Below, in pieces: positions 1 through 9,567 of a DNA stretch of 39,814 nt. Numbering within the stretch: position 1 is the first letter of the stretch; every line of letters starts with the position of its first letter. Made by a program: the position numbers and the translations under genes. The stretch covers positions 1 to 39,814 of the IMG/VR virus record IMGVR_UViG_3300028595_000005, one strand, 5' to 3'. The notes below the pieces were generated by a model. That model had not been told where the DNA came from. It worked only from the letters and a program-made list of their open reading frames with translations, and made no database searches. Source of the DNA: a virus (taxonomy: Duplodnaviria > Caudoviricetes).

Positions 1-88
1 AATTGTATCACCGTTATTTACTCTGATAAAACATTTACCGCTTGTCCCAAGAGCAGAAGAGTGCCCAACTTCTAAGTATATCCATCCA
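1..88. repeat. Terminal direct repeat, copy 1 (assembly overlap of a circular or permuted genome)
   Basis: Bases 1-88 are identical to 39727-39814, and an ORF continues in frame across the junction. Confidence 0.95.
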
Positions 89-1845
89 TCAGCAGTAGTA
101 TATGTTTCAGTAGTTTGTGGTCTCCCGGAAACACCAGCCGCACTATCGGGAGTAAATTTTATTGTATTATCAGCTTCAAACCTTATCCCAAAAAATGTCC
201 CGCCATCGCTTGTTGACCTTGTATGAGAAGCCATAACTTCTGCTGTAGCATTTCTTCCTCTCTTTACCCACATTGAGATTGTGAAGTCTTTTTTAGGGCA
301 ATAGTAATCTGTTAATTGTGCATAATCATTTGTCCCATCAAAAGTCCCGCAGTTTGAATTTACTAAACTTGCGTTGTATTTAACTCTGCCTGTGTAAGTC
401 AAAGGGTTTCCAAGAACATCGTTGTCAGTGTCGCTTTCGTCTCTTGGGATTAATACCCCTGCTAATCCTCCTGTCCCATCTGAATATCCAACTTCATTCT
501 GCCAAGAATAAATATTCTGATTGGCGTGGAATGTTGAGAGAGTCGCTCCGTTGATTGTTCCGTGGTTTTCGTTTCCGCTTGAGTCGTAGGATACTGTTCC
601 TGCTCCTTCATCGCATTTGTAGAGAACAGAGATCTTAGTAGTGTCTGCAATTGCAGTACCTGCCTTTACTGCTGCTAAATCCGCAGAGGTTAACTGTCCT
701 TGTGTAATTCTGACTCCAGACATTAACCCACCATAAGGCAAGTAATAAGCAGAATTTTTAAACCCAATCCCTAAAAGCAATGGTAGGCTATTTGTTGCTT
801 CAGTCCCTGTAAAAGTTCCAGTTTTATCTTGAACGCCATTTATATAAATAGATGTAACACCAGCTTCTTTAATAAAAACTATGTGATTCAAAACACCATC
901 ATTAACAGAAGTATCGCTAGTAATAGAATTACCATCTCCTGCCGTATTTTTTACATCAGCTACTACCTTTCCAGTATTAGAGATATACATTCTCCACCCA
1001 TTAACTTTGACAGTTCCGTCATCGTGTTTACTAAATATAAAACCATAATTAGTTTCTGTCGTTTTTATGTATGCCTCTGCTGTAAAGTATTCAGTAGCTT
1101 CTACTTTGTCATCATCAGAAATTGTTACGAATGAATCTGTGTCATCAAAGAGATATGCACGTCCTTCTTGAACCGTGCGTGTTTCGTCTCCCATACGATC
1201 AGTGAGGGCTTGGTCTCCGTCAACAGTCGTCAACCAGGGAGTGAGGGTTTCTGTTTGTAAAACAGCAGCATCATATCCTTCGATTAGCCCGTCCCTATCA
1301 TTGCCAGAAGTATCTGGGGCAAATTTGGATCCCTCAACATCCTCAACCGAGGAGAAAGCGCAATTAAGCTCTTCTCCTGAGTTTAGCTTCAGGTTGTAAA
1401 TCTTAAGATCCCCATCAACCAGAAGAGACTCAGCGTCGAAAGCTGTTGTCACAATAGACAGCGAGTGCCACTGGAGATCGTTTAAAATAGCCCCAGCTTC
1501 AGCAGCAGACACGGCATTTTCATCAACAGTGATGGATGAGATTGTGATTCCTCCTGTCGCGGCGATGGCTCCACTGGTGATGGAGATAGTTCCATCTGCA
1601 TCGAAGTTCAGAATTCTTTGGTTTATCTCGTTCTGCCGAACATCGAGCTCTATTTTAACAACATCAGAGAAGAATTTGCTTTCAAAGAAAACATCGCTCA
1701 CTGCTCCAACATCATAATAAGTGATGCCAGTTGCTTTGTATTTGTCGCTAAAGAGCCACTGCAGCAGCTGATCCTGCGGAAGACCGCTGGAAAGTAAATT
1801 CTCCGCAAACGGGACGCCGGCTCCAACGCCGATTGCTAGGCTCAT
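1..1845 (-). CDS. 5' part of a ~1018-aa virion protein with repeated LamG/ConA-like jelly-roll domains; spans the origin and continues 39726->38515
   Basis: ATG at 1845 (MSLAIGVGAG...). I read the frame codon by codon from 1845 to 1 and found no stop. It is the same frame as 38515..39708 after circularisation. Motifs include DTSGNDRDGLIEG, YLFDDTDSFV, YDSSGNENHGTINGAT and FDGTNDY. The supplied ORF track missed it. Confidence 0.85.
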   Translation of the reverse strand, partial: MSLAIGVGAGVPFAENLLSSGLPQDQLLQWLFSDKYKATGITYYDVGAVSDVFFESKFFSDVVKIELDVRQNEINQRILNFDADGTISITSGAIAATGGITISSITVDENAVSAAEAGAILNDLQWHSLSIVTTAFDAESLLVDGDLKIYNLKLNSGEELNCAFSSVEDVEGSKFAPDTSGNDRDGLIEGYDAAVLQTETLTPWLTTVDGDQALTDRMGDETRTVQEGRAYLFDDTDSFVTISDDDKVEATEYFTAEAYIKTTETNYGFIFSKHDDGTVKVNGWRMYISNTGKVVADVKNTAGDGNSITSDTSVNDGVLNHIVFIKEAGVTSIYINGVQDKTGTFTGTEATNSLPLLLGIGFKNSAYYLPYGGLMSGVRITQGQLTSADLAAVKAGTAIADTTKISVLYKCDEGAGTVSYDSSGNENHGTINGATLSTFHANQNIYSWQNEVGYSDGTGGLAGVLIPRDESDTDNDVLGNPLTYTGRVKYNASLVNSNCGTFDGTNDYAQLTDYYCPKKDFTISMWVKRGRNATAEVMASHTRSTSDGGTFFGIRFEADNTIKFTPDSAAGVSGRPQTTETYTTADGWIYLEVGHSSALGTSGKCFIRVNNGDTI

Positions 1846-1847
1846 TG

Positions 1848-2120
1848 TCAGTGTTTAATACCAGACATATTTCCCCAGATCTGAGTAATTCCAGCATCTG
1901 TTCCTGTTTCCAGGATTTTCTTTGTCTGAACTGCGTAACGCGCTCCCTGTAGCACATACAGGTAGACTGTCTCACCGGAGGCTTGGTCGACATACGCAAT
2001 CAGTCCATCTCCAGTATTGGAGACAATCTCTTTCGTCGCGCTTGTGAGTTCGTCTGTGTCGCTTGGAGTAATGTTTTCCGTAAAGAAACCACCCTGCAAG
2101 CTCATCGACGTGTTGCTCAT
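1848..2120 (-). CDS. Small putative virion protein downstream of the major capsid gene
   Basis: 90-aa ORF tightly packed between the capsid and LamG genes. Confidence 0.7.
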   Translation of the reverse strand: MSNTSMSLQGGFFTENITPSDTDELTSATKEIVSNTGDGLIAYVDQASGETVYLYVLQGARYAVQTKKILETGTDAGITQIWGNMSGIKH

Positions 2121-2139
2121 AGTAATAAAGAAGTAAGTT

Positions 2140-2163
2140 GAACAGCCGACGAATCGGCTGCTC
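2140..2163 (-). terminator. Hairpin (partial terminator or stabiliser) after the major capsid gene
   Basis: GAGCAGCCGA-TTCG-TCGGCTGTTC with a UUCG loop, followed by a pyrimidine-rich tract. Confidence 0.6.
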
Positions 2164-2176
2164 TGTTACGCCTTTA

Positions 2177-3358
2177 TCAGGCTCCGTTGGTGATATCGTA
2201 AGTTGCGATGCTCTTTGAGTTCTCTGCAAAGACAGTTCCGCCATAGACATCTTCAGTGAGGATGCTATACGAAAATCCTTGAGTGTTCTCAGTGACCTTC
2301 ATTCCATCTTCTTGATTAACGAAGTTAATGGAATTCGGGCTTGCAGCGAACATAACGACAGACGCTGTTCCAAGCAGGTTGGAACCGGAAGTCATCGAAA
2401 CGGCGAATGTTGTGCCGTTACGAGCCGTGAGAGCGGCGGCATCTGAGGAGAAGTCTCCGCAGTTAACCAGCCATTTCTTCATCAGCTTGCGGTCGGCAGC
2501 AGACAGTTCGATATACGAAGTGGCTCCGGTGGTGCCGGTGCCGTTGATCATATTCTGAACGATTGTCTGTTGGTCGCCTTTATTCCCAGCTACATCAAAC
2601 TCACCTGCGTTAGAAGGAGCAGCTTTCGCAGTGAAGGTGACAGTGTCGGTTCCATCTGTGAATGAGATGGTGTCGTCAGCGGTCACAGCAGCCCCTATGG
2701 CGATCTTACGCTTCGCAGGGAGGTTGTTGGTCTCGAGAACATTAAAGCCCGCGATACGACCAACCTTGGCGCTCTCACGGAATTTCAAACCGGAGTCAAA
2801 GCCGGAATACATATTCGACTGACGAATCAGCGAAGCGATAGCCGGGTTGACGAACAGATGAGAGTCCATGAAGGCGTTCTGCGTCGAAAGCTTAACTCGC
2901 ATTGCCTCGATCGCTGCAACGACAGTGTCGGCAGCCAGGGTAGCAGGAGCGAGGTCAACGACTTTGTTAGCTGCAAGCGCGTCCTTCGAGAAGGAAGCAA
3001 TGTAGTTATCATAAGTCTCAGCTTTCGCCTGAGCGATACGATCTGCCAGGTTGCCCATCAGATCGAGATTGGACTGGATCTTCTCGATGTCCTTGACCTT
3101 CGCGTTGTCTTGGAAGACCTGATCAACCGTAAGATCCTCGGAAGTAACAGCCCAGTCGACCGCAGTGATATCGTCACCAGCGGTTCCACCGTGAACCATT
3201 TCACGGTTTGGGAAATTTTGAACAGTGACAGTTGTTCCCTGTTCGCGAAGCTGCCCCTCGTATTTGCGGTTAGCAATGGGCATAATGACGGTTTTCTCGT
3301 CAAGCTTCTGGATGACCTCCCTCTGCAGGAGATCCTTTACTACAATTGTGTTCGACAT
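2177..3358 (-). CDS. Major capsid protein (P22 coat-like/HK97 fold) with an inserted beta-rich domain
   Basis: Follows portal and scaffold. N-terminal ANRKYEGQLREQGTTVTV, VGRIAGFNVLETNNLP and C-terminal DVYGGTV resemble P22-coat-like capsid proteins. Confidence 0.85.
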   Translation of the reverse strand: MSNTIVVKDLLQREVIQKLDEKTVIMPIANRKYEGQLREQGTTVTVQNFPNREMVHGGTAGDDITAVDWAVTSEDLTVDQVFQDNAKVKDIEKIQSNLDLMGNLADRIAQAKAETYDNYIASFSKDALAANKVVDLAPATLAADTVVAAIEAMRVKLSTQNAFMDSHLFVNPAIASLIRQSNMYSGFDSGLKFRESAKVGRIAGFNVLETNNLPAKRKIAIGAAVTADDTISFTDGTDTVTFTAKAAPSNAGEFDVAGNKGDQQTIVQNMINGTGTTGATSYIELSAADRKLMKKWLVNCGDFSSDAAALTARNGTTFAVSMTSGSNLLGTASVVMFAASPNSINFVNQEDGMKVTENTQGFSYSILTEDVYGGTVFAENSKSIATYDITNGA

Positions 3359-3397
3359 TGTGAAAATTGGATTGCTCCAATCTTTCAGCTTTCAGGA

Positions 3398-4033
3398 CTA
3401 GTTGTTGACGATTAAATCGCCTGAGGCAATTCGCTGTCTGGCTTGAGCGTATTCTTCTTTAGGAAGCTTGCTCAGCTCTTCAAGCGTAATTATTGAGTCG
3501 TCCTTCGACTGACCAGCAGGAGCTATACTGGCTTCCTGCCTCTTTCTCTCGCCTTCGACGAGGGATTGAGCCAAGGAAGTAGCTCCCTTCTCTGTCTTGT
3601 GTAGCTTGTATGCCTTCTCGAGATCTTCGAGGAGTCTTTCTTTCGGAAGAGAATATTGGACGGCATCATTGCGAAGCTTCGTCAGCTTGGCATCAAGTTC
3701 AGGGTCAGAACCGATTTCTTCCATTTTGTCAGAGACAAAGAAGGAAGTCGCCTGTTCAATCTCCTGAAGCCTAGATGCTTTCTGCCTTTCAGCTTCAGCC
3801 TTTTGGAGCTGCTCACGCAATTTTGCGTTTTCTTCTCTCAGCTCCTTTTTCTCTTTATTGACTACGGTAATTTTCTCTACCGCTCCGTCGTATCTCGTCT
3901 TTAGATCAAGCTCATTGACGCTTTTAGGTTCCGAACTCTGTTGAGTCTGGGTGTCCTCTTGTGGTTCCTGTTTAGGAGTGCCGGTGTTTGCGTCTTCACC
4001 GACGATCTCATCTTGTGAGGTGTCATCAGTCAT
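3398..4033 (-). CDS. Capsid scaffolding protein
   Basis: Acidic N-terminus, coiled coil and C-terminal 'LEELSKLPKEEY' helix; immediately upstream of the capsid gene. Confidence 0.75.
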   Translation of the reverse strand: MTDDTSQDEIVGEDANTGTPKQEPQEDTQTQQSSEPKSVNELDLKTRYDGAVEKITVVNKEKKELREENAKLREQLQKAEAERQKASRLQEIEQATSFFVSDKMEEIGSDPELDAKLTKLRNDAVQYSLPKERLLEDLEKAYKLHKTEKGATSLAQSLVEGERKRQEASIAPAGQSKDDSIITLEELSKLPKEEYAQARQRIASGDLIVNN

Positions 4034-4167
4034 TTTGACTTTGAAAGGAAAGTGTTAAGTCACCACCGTGAATCAGTGGCTAATTGTGTTTGTTTTCTAA
4101 AGTATCTACGATTTGAAGTAAGTATGCAAGACAATCGTCAAAGGTGCGAGGTTGGTAGTTCGGATCT

Positions 4168-6129
4168 TTAGAATCCTGCACCACTCTCAGGGCGTTGCGG
4201 AGCTTCTCCGCCAGCAGCAGCTTCTGCAGAGAGTGTTTGCTCTGGAGTAGTTTCTTCTCCTCCTCCAGGGACAGCTCCAGAATCTGGAATGACAGGTCGG
4301 ACTCTTGCTGCCTTGAATTGCTCCTTGGCTTTTTGTGCCATTTCAACAGGTGTTGAAGGTTCATCTTCTGAGGAAAAATCAGGAATTGGATAGTCGGTAA
4401 CTTTTGAGAATTCTTTAATGTTGCTCTGCGCAAACGCGATTGCTGCCTCGTCTTTGCTCTGTTTGGCTGTCTGTAGATCAACGAAAAGAACTCTCGCTTT
4501 CTCTAGGTTGTCGTTAAAGACTTCTGTCTCCAGGGTTTTGAATACTGGACGGTTGGAACCGTTCCGGACTTTGACGACTACATTCGCGCGAACAACCGCA
4601 GGAGAGACTTCGAGGAGAGAGTATTTGTCAGACTCTTTCACCTCAGCCTCCAGGGGTGTTCCGTCTTCGCCTTTCTTTTGGATAACTACTTCTCCTTTTA
4701 CCATCATTGAAGGATATTTGAGGCGACCTGTCTTGAGGTCGGTAAGATACTTCCCTTCGGAGTCCTGCAGTGGCATCGGGTAGAAGGTCATCAGGTTTGC
4801 CAGCCTCATTCTCTTCATTCTCTTAAAGAACTTTGTGAATTCTTTGTCGTAGAGAGCAACGCGCAGTCTCCTCGATTCGGCTCGTGCCAGGACTTTGGTC
4901 GCGGATTCGCTCGGGTTTTCCTGCGAGAGTCCTTCCGGGTCGTAGCCAATTAACTTCGTTGCGTCTTGGTAGATCAGGGTCAGGCTGTTCAGTGCTGAGC
5001 TATGAGGAGCCGCTGTTGAGATTGAGGTGAGATCAGTGGCGCTTCCTTGTGAGAGCTGTAGAAATAAAGAGTCCCTTGCTGCGTCGGCAGGGTTCTTCAC
5101 CACTGTGTTCTCTCCCACCACGATCTTCGGCTTTGCCGCTGAGTGGCTGTGAACTAGGTAGGCATCAAAGAGCTTGTTAGCTGCTAGTTTGTGCTGAGAC
5201 AAAAGAGAAGGGACGCCTCTACCTCCGAGGATTGAGGATTCGTCTGGAAGGTTGGACTGCATTGAATAAGGCAGCCAGCCGAGAGGGTGCCAGTTCTTCC
5301 CGTCACGAATCAGTTCACCGTTTGCCCAGACTGCGTATCTTCCACCGTCTTTGTCTGCTTTACGATAAAAATGTTCTATTTTAACGGTCTTTCTTCCTGA
5401 GTCGTCACTCTTCCGGCTTCCTCCGTCGAGAGGAGTCTCCCTCTGAATCTTTGCCGTTGTTTGGTTCACTACTTTCTGGTCGTAAAGTTTGTGTCCTTTG
5501 TAGCGACGGTGGAACTCTTCGATTGAGATCTTTTCAATTTCAATTGCGTGTTCGGCTCTGTCAATATCGTCGACATTGTCAACGTAGAAGTTCCGAGGGT
5601 CGACAACTCGAGAGATAAAGTTCTTCACGACCTCTTCCCTTGTTTCTTCCTCTCCTTTCACGTTGTAAACCGTGTGCTTCTGTTTCGTCTCATAATACCC
5701 GTCAAACATCACACTCCACCCGTATTTACACTTCTGGTAAATATGCCGGACAAGTTTGCTATGAAAGTCATCGAGGTATTCGTGGTGGTCGTCAAGAGCT
5801 TTTAGAACTTGGATCTTGTTCTCGGCTCGGTCGTTGTCTTCCGGGACGAGATCGTAGATTGGAGGATTGGCTGTCTCCTCTGAGACTTGAGCTTGAATGA
5901 ATTGGTTTTCCATTGGAAGGTTCACGGCTGCCGCTCTTCCGGTTGGATTTCCTTGGTCGTCAGTCTTCTCCTTTGGTTCAGCACGAACTTGTTCGTCAAT
6001 TGAGTCCCAGTCGTGCGTGTACTGAAGCTTGGCGTCGTGAAGTTCTCTAAAAACGCGCTCGAACTCTTGGCGTGCTGGAGTTTTGTTCTTCTTCTTCTCG
6101 GAGGTAGTAGAAACGATTGTGTCCGGCAT
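4168..6129 (-). CDS. Portal protein (P22-like)
   Basis: 653 aa, directly after TerL; SRVVDPRNFYVD and ESATKV motifs resemble P22-like portals. Confidence 0.85.
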   Translation of the reverse strand: MPDTIVSTTSEKKKNKTPARQEFERVFRELHDAKLQYTHDWDSIDEQVRAEPKEKTDDQGNPTGRAAAVNLPMENQFIQAQVSEETANPPIYDLVPEDNDRAENKIQVLKALDDHHEYLDDFHSKLVRHIYQKCKYGWSVMFDGYYETKQKHTVYNVKGEEETREEVVKNFISRVVDPRNFYVDNVDDIDRAEHAIEIEKISIEEFHRRYKGHKLYDQKVVNQTTAKIQRETPLDGGSRKSDDSGRKTVKIEHFYRKADKDGGRYAVWANGELIRDGKNWHPLGWLPYSMQSNLPDESSILGGRGVPSLLSQHKLAANKLFDAYLVHSHSAAKPKIVVGENTVVKNPADAARDSLFLQLSQGSATDLTSISTAAPHSSALNSLTLIYQDATKLIGYDPEGLSQENPSESATKVLARAESRRLRVALYDKEFTKFFKRMKRMRLANLMTFYPMPLQDSEGKYLTDLKTGRLKYPSMMVKGEVVIQKKGEDGTPLEAEVKESDKYSLLEVSPAVVRANVVVKVRNGSNRPVFKTLETEVFNDNLEKARVLFVDLQTAKQSKDEAAIAFAQSNIKEFSKVTDYPIPDFSSEDEPSTPVEMAQKAKEQFKAARVRPVIPDSGAVPGGGEETTPEQTLSAEAAAGGEAPQRPESGAGF

Positions 6130-8553
6130 TTAATGATTGAATGGGGTGATTTTGGAGAGATCTTGGTTGGATCCGACGCCTCTTTCTTGCCAGACGATCG
6201 CAGCTTGCGCAAGGACATCTGCAAGGTCATCTCTCTTTCCGAAAGGAAAGCGAAGCAATTGCTCTTCAAGTTTCGCCCACGCTTTGTTTCCGGAGTCGTC
6301 GATCCTGAAATGAATCACTCCTCGATTAAATAAAGGTTCGAGGGAATATTTAATTCTCTCTTCTTTCTTTCCTTTCCCTGCTGGTTTGAAAGGAAGCATC
6401 GTATAAAATCTTCCGTTCTCTCTCATTTTGCGGTCGATCTCTTTCGTGAAGAGCTGTTGGTCTTTTGAGATACTCACTTCTTCGCTTGAGAGGAAGCGAG
6501 GGTTCCACTCTTTCCATTTTTCCATCCAGGACAAGGCGAGGTCTTGAGCTGAGGAAGGAAGGACTGTATCAGCGAAGAGGTCGAGAAGATAAAGCTCTTT
6601 TGTGATTTTGTGGCGTGCCACTGCTGCGATTGCCGTTTCATCTGAGGCTTCTCTTGAGGAGAAGGCGGGGTCAATAAAGACTCCAGTTTCGAATTCGTCA
6701 GGGGTCAGGTCGGACAAGGCAAAGTATTTGAACTCTTCTTTATTAAAGTAACTTCCAGAGGAGGCGATCGGGTCTTGCTGGTAAAGGGCAGCAAAGTCTC
6801 GTGTGCCGATTGCGTTCTCTTGCTCTCGGTAGAAGTCAATGCCGAAGCCTGGTCTTTGGCAGAGTGGCTTCCCTTCTGCGTCAATTGCTGGGAAGGAGAG
6901 GACTTTCCATTTGTTTTTTTCTGACTCGAGGATTCTTCCGACCAAGTCGTCAGTGTTCCAACGGGTCATCAGGATCACGATTGCAGCATTGCCTCCTTGT
7001 TGGCGTGTAAGGAAGGTTGAGGTGTACCAATTCCAGATTTTCTCGCGGTAGACTTCACTCTCTGCTTCTTCTCTGTTCTTTACGGGGTCGTCAATTATCC
7101 CGCAGGAAAATCCGCGTCCTGTCAAAGCTCCTCCGATTCCCACGGAATAATACCCGCCCCCTTCTGTTGTCTCCCAGTTGCCTCCTTCTTTCTTGTCGTC
7201 AGCCAGGATCAGGTCAGGGAAAACATTTTTGCATCGATCTTCAAGGACTATCTGTCTTGTCTTGCGTCCAAACTCGGTAGCAAGGCTTGAGGCGTAAGAG
7301 CAGCAAACGATTTGGTGTGAGGGGTCTTTCCCCAGGAGCCAGGCGGGGAAGCGTTTCGAAATTATCTCTGAGTTATGCGTTGGTGTGAAACTCTTCCCAA
7401 CAAGGTAGATGCCAGTTTCAACTTGCAAGCATTGCCCTGGCTCTTCTTCGCAAGGGGAGATTTCCACGATTGCGATCTTTCTTTTCTGAGGTGTTGTTTT
7501 TGATTTCTTTCTTTCGAGCTTCGCGCAATCGCAGAAGGAGAAAGAGGCTTTGAAAAGTTTCTGCCTGCCGTGTATTCCAGAAGAAGAGAGGCGAGGCTCT
7601 TCTTCAGTTCGACAAACTCTCACCCCTAGGGAGGCAACGATCTCTTGGACTGCGTCGACTAGCTTCTCGTTTGCGTTTGTGAAGGTCACTCTTCCTGTCT
7701 TGTCAACTGTTCCGTCGGAGTCAATCAGCCCTCGTAAAAGCTCCTTTCTCTTCTTAATTGAATTTTCAATGTAGCTCCGAGGCACAAACTTGTTTCCTCT
7801 CAGTCCCTCTTCTTTCAAGAGAGGAAGAAGTTCTGGAAAGTAAGCCCTCGGAACCCCTGTTTTGTTGTGACGAACGATTGAAGATGCCTGGTAGGGAATA
7901 TTTCGGAGTGCTTCTTCTAAGTCTTCGGGACAAAAAGTGATTGAAGGCTCGTTTGTTGTGCCATCACCAAGCCAGAAGCCGAGGGCGTAGGGGTCAATGA
8001 TTGTTTCTTGCTCCTGGTATTCGACGGGAGAGATTGCCGGCAGCTGAAACCTTGCACGGCTTCCTCTTTTTCCTCTTTTCGGGTTCCAAAGCTTTCCAAT
8101 CATTTCTCTTGTCTCGATTGTTACTTCTTTTTGTTTGCTTCGGTCAAAGACTGTCCACTCGTGATTCGGATGGACTTTGATTTTATCTCCTGCCGAGGTG
8201 GTGACTTCGAGGGAGCATTTCTCTTCTTGTGGAATCACTGCCAGCACCTTCTGGGGCTTGCCATTGACGGCGAAGACTTCTTCTCCTTCGAGGATCTCCC
8301 CGTGCTTTTTCCAGCCGTGAGGGGTTGGCACCAGGCAGGAGTTCGCAATTTCTTTTCCCGCGCGTGGTGGAAGCTGAACGATTAGCCTCTTGAGTTCTCC
8401 ATCTGCCACTTGAGTCAAACACTTAAAAAGAGCTGCGTGGAAGTTCTCTTCTTCAAAGCCGTAGGTTGTGTAGTCAATGAAGTGCTTGAGGTCTCTCTTC
8501 GCGAGTTCTCTCCTTGCGAGTTCGTCGAGGATTTTCTGGCGTTTTTCATCCAT
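6130..8553 (-). CDS. terL: Terminase large subunit containing an intein
   Basis: Walker A PPRAGK|S split by an insertion, Walker B GIIDDP, coupling motif MTRW, and nuclease motifs IDPA and DDLAD. Confidence 0.95.
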   Translation of the reverse strand: MDEKRQKILDELARRELAKRDLKHFIDYTTYGFEEENFHAALFKCLTQVADGELKRLIVQLPPRAGKEIANSCLVPTPHGWKKHGEILEGEEVFAVNGKPQKVLAVIPQEEKCSLEVTTSAGDKIKVHPNHEWTVFDRSKQKEVTIETREMIGKLWNPKRGKRGSRARFQLPAISPVEYQEQETIIDPYALGFWLGDGTTNEPSITFCPEDLEEALRNIPYQASSIVRHNKTGVPRAYFPELLPLLKEEGLRGNKFVPRSYIENSIKKRKELLRGLIDSDGTVDKTGRVTFTNANEKLVDAVQEIVASLGVRVCRTEEEPRLSSSGIHGRQKLFKASFSFCDCAKLERKKSKTTPQKRKIAIVEISPCEEEPGQCLQVETGIYLVGKSFTPTHNSEIISKRFPAWLLGKDPSHQIVCCSYASSLATEFGRKTRQIVLEDRCKNVFPDLILADDKKEGGNWETTEGGGYYSVGIGGALTGRGFSCGIIDDPVKNREEAESEVYREKIWNWYTSTFLTRQQGGNAAIVILMTRWNTDDLVGRILESEKNKWKVLSFPAIDAEGKPLCQRPGFGIDFYREQENAIGTRDFAALYQQDPIASSGSYFNKEEFKYFALSDLTPDEFETGVFIDPAFSSREASDETAIAAVARHKITKELYLLDLFADTVLPSSAQDLALSWMEKWKEWNPRFLSSEEVSISKDQQLFTKEIDRKMRENGRFYTMLPFKPAGKGKKEERIKYSLEPLFNRGVIHFRIDDSGNKAWAKLEEQLLRFPFGKRDDLADVLAQAAIVWQERGVGSNQDLSKITPFNH
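7372..8352 (-). mobile_element. 327-aa intein with a LAGLIDADG homing endonuclease and class-3-type signature
   Basis: Starts E68 (EIANSCLVPTPHGW) after the Walker A Lys and ends PTHN|S. LAGLIDADG motifs LGFWLGDG and LRGLIDSDG; block B HPNHEW; block F GQCLQV. Confidence 0.9.
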
Positions 8554-8589
8554 CTTTTTCGAGTTTTACTTATAAAAAGCTTGACACTT

Positions 8590-8976
8590 TCAGCTGAGCA
8601 TCCCTTCAAGCTCTTCGGTCGAGAGGCTGGAAAGCGAAGTTTCCTTTCTCTCTGTGGCTTTTCCCTTTAAAAGCTGGCTTGTTTTAACGCAACGATCTAA
8701 ATGCGAAGAAGCTTCTCCAGTGGTTGCCTCTGGTAGCGTCTCTTCCAGTCTATCAAGTGACATCACGATTTGCTTATCGAGTCTCGTTAAAAGGTCTTTT
8801 GCTGCTAGTTTGAAGCCTTTGCTTCCAATCACTTTCTCGGGTTTAACTGCCATTGCTTTGCTGTATCCTGCTTTGAGCAGCGCTGCCCCTTTGTTACTGC
8901 CGTTTTCTGCCAGCTCCTTCACTGCTCTTTTCTGTCTCTCTGTGGGAACGATTTTTCGTGTTTTTACTCTTGGCAT
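8590..8976 (-). CDS. terS: Terminase small subunit (putative)
   Basis: HTH-like TERQKRAV...ENGSNKGAALLKAGYS; directly upstream of terL; ATG at 8976. Confidence 0.75.
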   Translation of the reverse strand: MPRVKTRKIVPTERQKRAVKELAENGSNKGAALLKAGYSKAMAVKPEKVIGSKGFKLAAKDLLTRLDKQIVMSLDRLEETLPEATTGEASSHLDRCVKTSQLLKGKATERKETSLSSLSTEELEGMLS

Positions 8977-8977
8977 C

Positions 8978-9403
8978 TTAATTTTGAAGGCGTGTTTTGA
9001 TTTCAAGCTTGCCTTTTTCGAGGTGTGCGATTGCTTCTGTCCCTCTCATTGCTCCGTCTTCCTCTTCAAACAAGATTAAACCGAGGGTGTCTCCTTCTTC
9101 TTTTCCGGTGAAGAAAGCTTTTTCTTTGAGTTGCTCTCGTGCTTTGTCTGCGAGTGTTTGTTTGAGGAGAGGGTGTTCTTGTGGTGGGAGGTCTTCCCAG
9201 TGTGCTTCTCCTTCTTTGCTCTCGTAGATAATGAAACCAAGGGAAGAGACGCCTCCGTGTTTGTTTTTTGCTAGGATTGGGAGGTTCCAGCGGGTGATTT
9301 CATCTGCCAGTTCGGTTCTTGTCTCCTCTGAAAAGGGATCTTTTGCGAATGCGAAAAAGAAGTCCTGCTCTGTCAGTTCTTTGGTGAGTTCCTCCTTGGT
9401 CAT
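8978..9403 (-). CDS. Hypothetical protein, first gene of the late operon
   Basis: ATG at 9403 after a U-rich leader; abuts terS. Confidence 0.7.
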   Translation of the reverse strand: MTKEELTKELTEQDFFFAFAKDPFSEETRTELADEITRWNLPILAKNKHGGVSSLGFIIYESKEGEAHWEDLPPQEHPLLKQTLADKAREQLKEKAFFTGKEEGDTLGLILFEEEDGAMRGTEAIAHLEKGKLEIKTRLQN

Positions 9404-9424
9404 CGGGTGGGAAAAAGAGAACTC

Positions 9425-9454
9425 ATTGTGCCGGTTCTGGGGGGATTTTGTCAA
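9425..9454 (-). promoter_or_regulatory. Candidate late-operon promoter TTGACA-N18-CACAAT
   Basis: Perfect -35 with a long spacer; -10 preceded by CGG as in the other promoters; upstream of 9403. Confidence 0.4.
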
Positions 9455-9538
9455 GATTTTTTTCGGGATTTTTCCCTTGCCTGGCGTGGATTTCTCAGAT
9501 TTTCTTTCCAACTTTTCCGTCTTTTTTGGAAAAAAAGC

Positions 9539-9567
9539 TTGACACTTCTTTTTTCATTCGGCAGACT
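9539..9567 (+). promoter_or_regulatory. Promoter TTGACA-N17-CAGACT
   Basis: Member of the repeated phage promoter family. Confidence 0.75.

Noticed and set aside
4080-4481. 133-aa ORF overlapping the portal 3' end
   Set aside because: Mostly a shadow of the portal gene; at most a ~34-aa GTG-started peptide (4080..4184), which is unsupported.
8581-8610. TTGACA between terS and terL as a promoter
   Set aside because: No acceptable -10 at 16-18 bp, and it is antisense to the operon.
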